Assembly (NCBI GenBank): GCA_963793865.1
Contig: CAWCBP010000010.1
Location: 32,001-96,000, forward strand
Direction: 5' to 3'
From: an uncultured delta proteobacterium
GTDB taxonomy: Bacteria > Desulfobacterota > WTBG01
DNA: 64,000 nt
Below are positions 56,600 through 64,000 of the stretch, piece by piece. The translations under genes were made by a program, and so were the position numbers. The stretch's first letter is position 1, and every line of letters starts with the position of its first letter. The notes under the pieces are model-generated. The model searched no databases and was not told the DNA's origin. It saw nothing but the letters and a program-made list of their open reading frames with translations.

Positions 56600-56995
56600 A
56601 TGGAACAGATTCAGGTCAGAACCAGCAGGCGGGTTGAATTCCTGGATATTACGGGCAGGGTTGAGGCTGCGGTAAAAAGAAGCGGCATCACCAGCGGTGT
56701 GTGTATTGTTTTCATTCCCCACACCACGGCAGGCGTGACCATCAACGAAAATGCCGATCCGAATGTCATCCGGGACATCATAAAGGAGCTGGACACGATT
56801 GTCCCTCTCGACGATAACTACACCCACGGGGAGGGGAATTCAGCGGCCCACATCAAATCGAGCCTCATGGGGTGTTCGCAGCAGGTGATGGTTGAGGAGG
56901 GCAGGCTGGTGCTGGGTACCTGGCAATCAGTATTTTTCTGCGAGTTTGACGGTCCGCGCAGCAGAAGCGTGTGGGTGAAGGTCATGGGCGAATAA
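56600..56995 (+). CDS. yjbQ: YjbQ/UPF0047 family protein
   Basis: HTTAGVTINENADP, HGEGNSAAHIK, LGTWQ, EFDGPR. Confidence 0.93.
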   Translation: MEQIQVRTSRRVEFLDITGRVEAAVKRSGITSGVCIVFIPHTTAGVTINENADPNVIRDIIKELDTIVPLDDNYTHGEGNSAAHIKSSLMGCSQQVMVEEGRLVLGTWQSVFFCEFDGPRSRSVWVKVMGE

Positions 56996-57035
56996 GGGAA
57001 GAGGGAAGAGAACCTTACTGCAAGCGGGTACGGCA

Positions 57036-57371
57036 TTGAAGAACAGTGATATTCCTTTGTACACATCGAAACCAACCTGGAAAAGCCTCGGTAATACATA
57101 TTATGTGTATGCGGACAGGATTGCACTCCGATGCCGATTTGTGTTTTTTACCAAAACACTGATCATCAAAAGGGATGATCTCATCTCCATCGGTGTTTTC
57201 AATCCCCCGGTGATTAGAAGCGCATTCTGGGCTTTAAAGCTTGACCTGGCTGATGTGTTTGAACATGTCGGTATCAGGAGAAAAAACGGATTCTTTACCC
57301 GGCTCAGATTTACCCCGGCAAATCCGGAGGAATTTGTTGCGACAGTCAGAACGCTGTTCAAGTTGTCATGA
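57036..57371 (+). CDS. Hypothetical protein
   Basis: 111-aa TTG ORF between yjbQ and the MFS gene. Confidence 0.55.
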   Translation: MKNSDIPLYTSKPTWKSLGNTYYVYADRIALRCRFVFFTKTLIIKRDDLISIGVFNPPVIRSAFWALKLDLADVFEHVGIRRKNGFFTRLRFTPANPEEFVATVRTLFKLS

Positions 57372-57384
57372 GCGGCATCCGGTC

Positions 57385-58650
57385 ATGCGAACAGTAATCA
57401 CCCCGAGCCTGGTCAAAAGACGATACCTGCACATCATCCTCCCGGCCTTTATCGGCTCCGTCATCGCCTACCTCGACCGCGTCAATATTGCCTATGCAGC
57501 ACTCACCATGAACGCGGACCTTCGCTTTTCCGCGGAGGTGTTCGGCATGGGGGCGGGCATCTTTTTCGCCGGCTATGTCCTTTTTGAGGTGCCGGGCGCG
57601 CTTATCGCCGAGCGGTGGAGCCCGCGCATCTGGCTCGCCCGCATCATGATCACCTGGGGCATCATCGCCTGCGGGATGGCATTTATCCAGAATGCCGGGC
57701 AGTTTTACCTGGTGCGCTTCCTGCTGGGTGCCGCCGAAGCCAGCTTCTACCCGGTGGTGTATGCCAGCGTCATCCCGCGCTGGTTTACGCCTGAGGAACG
57801 GCCCCGTGCCCTGGCGCTCATGCTCACCTCGCTCCCGCTTGCAGCCATTATCGGCTCCCCGCTCGCGGGCTGGCTGCTCGGGGTCGAATGGTTCGGATTG
57901 CAAGGCTGGCAGATCCTCTTCATCATGGAGGCGGTTCCGGCGGTCATCTTTGGCATCGTGATCCTGTTTGTGCTCGCGGACTGGCCGGATAAGGTGAGCT
58001 GGCTCACGCCCGAAGAGAAAGGGCGCTTGATGGCGCTGTACCGGCAGGAAAAAGCCGCCAAAGAGGCGGCCAGGAAATATACCGTGTGGCAGGCGCTCCG
58101 CGACCGGGAGGTGCTCAAGCTCTGCCTGATCTATTTTTTGTGGATTACCGGCTACTGGGGTTTCAACTACTGGATGCCCACGGCGCTCAAGGAAGTGTCG
58201 GGGTGGTCAAACCTGGCTATCGGCTGGCTGGTGGTCATTCCCATGTCTCTCGCGCTTATGGCCATGCTCTTCACGGCGGGCTCCTCCGCCAAGACCGGTG
58301 AGAAGCGGTGGCACGGCGCCCTGCCCATGTTCATCGGGGCGGCGGGGATGGGTATCGGCGCCTTCATAGGCGAGCCGTACCTCAATTTCATCTTTGTCAT
58401 GCTCACCGCGATCGGCGTGTACAGCGCTTTTGGCGTGTGGTGGTCATACCCGACAACCTTCCTCTCCGGCATGGCTGCCGCCGGTGCGGTCGGCCTTATC
58501 AACTCCTTCGGCAATGTCGGGGGCTATGTCGGTCCCTATCTGACCGGTTTTATCAAGACGGCGACCGGTTCGTTTCACCTCGCCTACGTGTATCTCGCCT
58601 GCTCGCTGGCCGCTGCCGGGGTGCTGATGCTGACCCTGAAGAAGCGGTAG
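57385..58650 (+). CDS. MFS transporter (anion:cation symporter; TtuB/NicT-like)
   Basis: YLDRVNI, GIFFAGYVLFEVP, RFLLGAAEA, INSFGNVGG. Confidence 0.93.
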   Translation: MRTVITPSLVKRRYLHIILPAFIGSVIAYLDRVNIAYAALTMNADLRFSAEVFGMGAGIFFAGYVLFEVPGALIAERWSPRIWLARIMITWGIIACGMAFIQNAGQFYLVRFLLGAAEASFYPVVYASVIPRWFTPEERPRALALMLTSLPLAAIIGSPLAGWLLGVEWFGLQGWQILFIMEAVPAVIFGIVILFVLADWPDKVSWLTPEEKGRLMALYRQEKAAKEAARKYTVWQALRDREVLKLCLIYFLWITGYWGFNYWMPTALKEVSGWSNLAIGWLVVIPMSLALMAMLFTAGSSAKTGEKRWHGALPMFIGAAGMGIGAFIGEPYLNFIFVMLTAIGVYSAFGVWWSYPTTFLSGMAAAGAVGLINSFGNVGGYVGPYLTGFIKTATGSFHLAYVYLACSLAAAGVLMLTLKKR

Positions 58651-58773
58651 GCGGTCAAAAGGAGGCACCCGGGCAATCAGAAGGGGCGACGCCGGTAGCC
58701 CCTACCTCCAAATAGAGCTAGTTGAGCTATTTGAATAGTAACGGTCCTCCCCCACGCGCAAGCACAGGGGATG

Positions 58774-60129
58774 TTACCACTTGAACAGTACGGTGTATTC
58801 CACCACCGTTTCCCCGTCCTTGTCCACCGGCACCTCGAACTCGATGGTGGTGGCGTCCTTCTTTTTGTGGGGGTGGGATTGCTTGCGTATTTTCCAGTCT
58901 CCCTGGAGCTGTTCCTCCACCACCACCCTGACCGCTTCCTTTTTATGATTGCGCAGGGTGATTTGCCAGGTTTCCTCGTGCGACCGTTCGCTCAGCTGCT
59001 TCATCTCCTTCTGGATGCGCTCCCCCTTGATGTCAAAGGCGTTGCCCAGGTAGATGCGAACTTTTTCGTCCTGCGGGGTGTGATCAATGAGATCCTCGCC
59101 CACGAATTCCAGCGAGTTGTCGGCATCATCCTGCTTGTATACCCTCACCTTTCCTTTGGGAAGAGGAATGCCCGGTCCGGAGCCCCTGCTGTTTTGAAAT
59201 GCCAGGGTCACGCGCACGGCTTCCCCGTAAAGAACGCCATTGTAGCAATAGATTTTGTCTGCCTTGATCTCAGCCGGGGGGAAAAGAGCGATTTGTTTTA
59301 CCTGGTTGTTTTTGACCGTTGCCCGCCTTTGCAGGGTATAGAGGTGATATTCAAAGAATTGTTTTTCCTGGAACTGGGGCGGTGCCGCCTGCTCGGCCAT
59401 CATTTCCGAACCTTTGGCCATCGACCTGATCTCCGGGGGCGCCGCGCGATGGACATCCCCGGCAATCAGCTTTAACTTCGCGTTGTCATAATCAGCTCCG
59501 GATTGATTGTCGATGGAAACCCAGCTGTTCAGTTCCAGCAGGCTGTCATTCTTTTTGCAGACGGCCACGTATTCGGCATGCCAGCTCATGCTCCCCGTGA
59601 GGTAGCTCACTTCCGCCTTGTGCTCCCCCGCCTTTTGATTATCGATGAGCCACACCAGCGTCGGTTTGGTGATCAGCCCCTCGGGTAATGCAGGATAGTC
59701 GATGCTGATGATGGGATCGATGGCGATGCTTTTAATGTTTCCCGCCTTCATCTGCAGCATGATGGCCTTCTGAGAGGCGCTCAGCAGCCGCCCCTGGAAG
59801 GGACCGTCCTGTTCGGTATGGACGGTGATTTCCTGATCGATGTATTTTTGCAGCATCTTGTTGGAATTGACCAGGTCATATTCGTAGTTCTGCTCTATCA
59901 GGTCCACATCACCGGGGTCGGTCAAGGATGTAAAGTGTACCGAGGTGGGATCAATGGCCGCGGCCACATCGGTAAACCGTACTTCACTGGTGCCCTTGGG
60001 GAGCCGGATCGTTCGCACTTCCCTGACCAGGGCCAGGTTATTTGAGTAGACCGTTAGCGCAACGTCCTTTTCCTGGGCAAATGCGAGAGAAGCGAAACCC
60101 ACAAGTATGAATGCCGGCAGTATTTTCAT
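58774..60129 (-). CDS. Secreted DUF4139 family protein
   Basis: LTVYSNNLALVRE, IDPTSV, SYLT...SWHAEY, FVGEDLIDHTP. Confidence 0.85.
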   Translation of the reverse strand: MKILPAFILVGFASLAFAQEKDVALTVYSNNLALVREVRTIRLPKGTSEVRFTDVAAAIDPTSVHFTSLTDPGDVDLIEQNYEYDLVNSNKMLQKYIDQEITVHTEQDGPFQGRLLSASQKAIMLQMKAGNIKSIAIDPIISIDYPALPEGLITKPTLVWLIDNQKAGEHKAEVSYLTGSMSWHAEYVAVCKKNDSLLELNSWVSIDNQSGADYDNAKLKLIAGDVHRAAPPEIRSMAKGSEMMAEQAAPPQFQEKQFFEYHLYTLQRRATVKNNQVKQIALFPPAEIKADKIYCYNGVLYGEAVRVTLAFQNSRGSGPGIPLPKGKVRVYKQDDADNSLEFVGEDLIDHTPQDEKVRIYLGNAFDIKGERIQKEMKQLSERSHEETWQITLRNHKKEAVRVVVEEQLQGDWKIRKQSHPHKKKDATTIEFEVPVDKDGETVVEYTVLFKW

Positions 60130-60318
60130 GAAGCGCTCCTGTGACGGTTGTGCATGGGATCGTTATCATTGTTCAATCTTGATGATAGTGTCTCATCGAT
60201 AATGACCGTATTATTTTTAACCGAAAATGAAGAACGTAATCATCTGTAGGGGCGACCGGCCGGTCGCCCCTTCCCGCGGCCTAATCTTGTTGGAGTGGAT
60301 TGCCATTTTTTCAATTGG

Positions 60319-60414
60319 GGGGACGCCCTTAAAATTCTAAGTTTATAATAGAACAGACAGAATTTTAGAATTTTAAGGGCGTCCCCTATTGCTCAAGGGC
60401 GTCCCCTATTGCTC
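60319..60414. repeat. Short inverted-repeat element plus a 20-bp tandem duplication
   Basis: GGGACGCCCTTAAAATTCTAA...TTAGAATTTTAAGGGCGTCCC, followed by AAGGGCGTCCCCTATTGCTC x2. Related copy at 38886-38957. Confidence 0.7.
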
Positions 60415-62363
60415 ATTTCCCGCCCGCCAACAGCTCATTGATTGCCGGGCACTCGCGGTCGCCGAGCTTTCCCTGCCTTTCGAGATCCGCGGCGGCGTCA
60501 TCGAGCCCAACCTCAAGCAGCCGCTTTTTGGTGGGCAGGCCGTCGGCAGAGCAGCCTCGGTAATGGTAGTATTCTTCGAGCATGCCCGGGTGGTGAATGG
60601 GATCATCATCCCCGCGCCGGGTGCCCCGGCGCAGGTCGTCCTTGCGCGATATGCCCAGCAGCGCATTAAAGCATTTCTCAAGCTGGTAGGCGCGCTCGGC
60701 CGCTTCAAAGAGGCGGTCCGGGCTGCGCCCGGTCGCCGCCTCGTACATCTCTCCCATTTCCTCCACCAGAATGAGGGGATCGGAATAGACATCGCAGCTT
60801 ACCATGGGCACAAAGCAGATGCCGAGACAGTCCATGAGCATTTTGTAATTCTCGCTCCACCACACCACCCTGCCCTTGCCGACCGGATTCCCATGCTCCA
60901 TGATCCCATCCGGAAGCTCCTTGCCGAAGATTCTCTGCAGCATTTCCTGCAGGCCGATCATGGCGGCAAAGGGATGTCCCTTGAGATGATCCGCGCCGCG
61001 GGTGGCAACCGATGAGGCAAGGCTCATGGCCACGGCCTGGGTGCAGTTGTAGGTGAAGGACTGGCCCTTGGTGTGAAAGCCGTATTCGCTCGCTCCGTGA
61101 CCGATCCTCTCAACCGCGTCCGGCATGCTCCCGGCAAGGATGTCACCGAACCCTTCACGCCGGCTGATCTTCATGATCATGTCCGAGATGACCTGCTCAT
61201 CACCCCATTCAAGCCTGACGCCGCCGGTATCCTCGCTCCCGATGATGCCCCGCTGAAAGCACTCCATGGCCATGGCCAGGTTCCAGCCGAACTGTATACA
61301 GTCCAGGCCCATGCGGTTTGTCATATGGGAGATGCGAACCAGGGCCGGAAAATCAAACAGCCCCAGCAGCGGCCCCATGTTGGTATAATGGCCGAACTCA
61401 AGCTTCCCGCTCTTTTCTCCCGCATACGGTCCCTCCGTGACTTCCCATGTCTGGGTGCAGGCCACCGGGCAGCGATAGCAGGCGGACTGGCCTTTTTTAT
61501 ATTTCTGCACCAGGTCGGTGAGCTCATAGGCCTGAAGCTGATCCCGGGTGATGCGTACCTGCTGGTTTTTGACGCGGGTCTGGTCGCTGTTCTGGGCGAT
61601 GAGCATGAGTGAGCCGTATTCCTTGTGGGTGAACAGGACCGGACCGCCCCAGACTTCACCGTAGCGCTTCACCAGCTCATCGAATTTCTTGTTATCCGCC
61701 GCCGGCACCGTGCCGTCCGCTTTCACGATTATCGCCTTCAGGTTCTTTGACCCCATCACGCAGCCCATGCCCGCCCTGCCGTTGAAACCGACGCGTTTGG
61801 TGCTGTTGCAAATGCTGGCGTAGCGGACCAAATTCTCTCCTGCCGGCCCGATGCGCGCCGTCTCGCACGCGCCGTATGTTTCATGGATCTTTTCGTCCGT
61901 CTCGAAGGTGTCAAGTCCCCAGAGATGCGCCGCGTCAACCAGTTCCGGCAATTTGCCTTTTTCGATGAGAAGGGCCACCGGCTTTTTTGCCTTTCCCCTG
62001 CATATGATGTGGTCGTAGCCCGCCTGCTTCACCCGTGCCGGGAAGATGCCGCCGCTGTTGGTATCGCCGAAAATGCGGGTAAGCGGACTCTTGGCGGTTA
62101 TGGTCATGCGTGACGCGCAGGGAAATTTTGTTCCCACCAGCACCCCGAAACCGAATATGAGCGGGTTGTCCGGAGAGAGCGGGTCAACCTGAGGGTTTGC
62201 TCGCAGCATTTCATAGAGCAGCCGGGCGTTAATGCCCGCCCCGCCGGTATATCCGCTGATGAGTTCCTCGGAGAGGTCCTCTTCCCATACCCTGGCATCC
62301 GTAAGGTCAACCTGGAGAATCTTCCCCCGCCATCCGCCGCTCTTTTTCGCCTTTTTTTGCCAT
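60413..62363 (-). CDS. Aldehyde:ferredoxin oxidoreductase (AOR/WOR) family tungstoenzyme; extra base in the 5' A7 run
   Basis: GGWRGKILQVDL, GGAG, KSPLT, IGPAGEN, GRAGMGCVMGSKNLKAI, CYRCPVAC, RGADHL, DCLGIC. Confidence 0.9.
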
Positions 62364-62806
62364 TACCGCCTCCTGAATACACTATTATAATCAAACCCTC
62401 ATAAACCTGCGGAGCACCACGAAGCGTGAAAATGAATTCTCGCCAAAAAAATTTGAAATTTCGATAGGAGCGGCTTCAGATGCGAAAAAACATTGTCATT
62501 TCGAAGAAGCCTTGGCGACTGAGAAATCTTCTGCAATTTATTATGTTCGCATTACACCTATAGAACGTATAAAAAGAACATCCGGCACAAATAATATTAT
62601 CATACACTTGCTTTGAGGCACGCCAAGTCTAAAACCGGGGTAGCTGTATGTCAATCACAAATTCAACGCAGCACATGGAAGGGGATGGTGAGGATAGGGA
62701 GCAGTAATATTATTATTGATAGACAGTAAAGGTGAATCAATGGTTCCGCGAGATTCATCAAAAGGATTTTCCGGAGGGGTGAACAATGGCTTTAAATATG
62801 ATTGGT

Positions 62807-64000
62807 TCACTCGCGTCCTCTGGTCTGCTCATATGCGTATAATATCCTGCCCAGTTCCGCCAGAAAGGGAAGGCCGACGGTCTGATACTCATATTTGCCG
62901 TCCTTCATTATTTCATCCTCATTGACATAGATGACGGCTGAAAGGAAAAATTCTATCTGTGCCGAGGCGTTTTGAATATACGCGCAGTCTGAAAGGTACC
63001 CGTCCGACTGACCGACCACATTAAATATCCGTATGGATCTGTCAGCAATGACGCCATCCATGGCATCACCGAACAGGAAATATTTTTTGTAATTATCCGG
63101 ATAGAGCTTCGGGTTGTGATAGGCAGGCACATCCGACTCGCCGGGAAGGGATGACAGGCAGCGATACAGTAAGGCATAGTCCTGCTGCGTTAAATGAAAG
63201 CGCGCCTGTTCGGGAAAGTTTTCCGGGAACAGTATCGACTGCAGCATGGTATGGATGTCCTGCAGGCAGATGTAGTTATGAAAGGTATAATCGTAGGGCC
63301 GGGGAACATATCGTCCCTGCGGATCAATATGCGCCATGCCCTTGGTGGCAGTTCCCGGAGGATTACTCAGCAGCGCGTTGTTGACCTGCGCAGGCTGGGC
63401 GTATACAACGTTGTTATCTTCATCGTAAAAGGTTACCGGATTGGTGTAGCGGTTGTCATCGGCATCGCAGCCGTTGAAGCGCCTGATGATTCGGGCAGAG
63501 GGGTATCCGATGCGCCACAACGACGCATTGATGTACTCCTGGCCGAGAAATTCGTACAGGCGGTTATAGGCGTCGTTATCGCTTACCAGCAGCGCCTTCC
63601 TTATATAATGCGCCACCGTCGGTCGCCCATCCGGCGCGGTGCTGTCGCCTGTGACCGCTGTCTGGCAGCAGTGCTGTTTGCCGATTGCAAGACGGGTATC
63701 GCAGGTCAGTCCGGGAATATGCAGCTCGTTTATTTTCTGAAGCGCCAGGCAGGCAACCGGCAGTTTTACAAGGCTTGCCGGATTAAAATATGATTTCTCG
63801 TGTACGCCGTATGCAAAGTGACGAAACTGCGGCCGGCCCTGGCGGTCACGATCGATCCGGGTGTAGAGAATCCGGGTTTCATATTTTCCGGGATTTGCAA
63901 TAATGCTTTTGAGCCGGTCTGATCCCCGGGAGAGCAATTCAGGGATCAGGCTGTTTGATGGCAATGGCCTGACAGCAGTGTCGTTTTCCGTTGAGACAGT
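62807..64000 (-). CDS. Serine hydrolase, class A beta-lactamase-like (5' end beyond the window)
   Basis: PASLVK (SxxK) and SDN motifs. The KTG-equivalent reads NVVG. The frame is open to the window end. Confidence 0.8.
   Translation of the reverse strand, partial: TVSTENDTAVRPLPSNSLIPELLSRGSDRLKSIIANPGKYETRILYTRIDRDRQGRPQFRHFAYGVHEKSYFNPASLVKLPVACLALQKINELHIPGLTCDTRLAIGKQHCCQTAVTGDSTAPDGRPTVAHYIRKALLVSDNDAYNRLYEFLGQEYINASLWRIGYPSARIIRRFNGCDADDNRYTNPVTFYDEDNNVVYAQPAQVNNALLSNPPGTATKGMAHIDPQGRYVPRPYDYTFHNYICLQDIHTMLQSILFPENFPEQARFHLTQQDYALLYRCLSSLPGESDVPAYHNPKLYPDNYKKYFLFGDAMDGVIADRSIRIFNVVGQSDGYLSDCAYIQNASAQIEFFLSAVIYVNEDEIMKDGKYEYQTVGLPFLAELGRILYAYEQTRGRE

Noticed and set aside
62340..62363. 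Programmed frameshift at the AOR A7 run
   Set aside because: A +1 shift is needed, whereas such heptamers promote -1 shifts. A homopolymer error is simpler.

Overview
This is a chromosomal window from an anaerobic bacterium. Gene content and rRNA style point to Desulfobacterota ('Deltaproteobacteria'); this is inference, not a database result. (1) 1-12.5 kb is a minus-strand energy cluster: etfB, ferredoxin-fused etfA, a membrane DUF224/CCG oxidoreductase, mvhD, an fdhB/flxB-like gene, fdhF, hdrA, hdrC and hdrB. FdhF and HdrA each carry an in-frame UGA at a conserved Cys/Sec site followed by a SECIS-like hairpin. (2) 12.5-20 kb holds a LigD phosphoesterase domain, a GlrK-QseG-GlrR-like sigma-54 system and a divergent FN3/repeat surface protein gene with a -24/-12 promoter. 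(3) 20-38 kb is core: ssrA, smpB, pth, rplY, prs, tRNA-Gln, ispE, zapB/zapA, 6S RNA, rny, tyrS and a complete rrn operon. (4) 38-64 kb is accessory catabolic DNA: vapBC, E1 alpha/beta plus a phosphotriesterase, an NlpC/P60-CapA fusion, a TetR-linked FAD/CCG/FAD oxidoreductase triad, a CoA-transferase-GNAT/ACD/DRTGG operon, an MFS transporter, DUF4139, an AOR-family enzyme and a serine hydrolase. Intergenic DNA is rich in modular fold-back repeats, REPs and MITE-like inverted repeats. Many genes carry single-base indels that are probably assembly errors.
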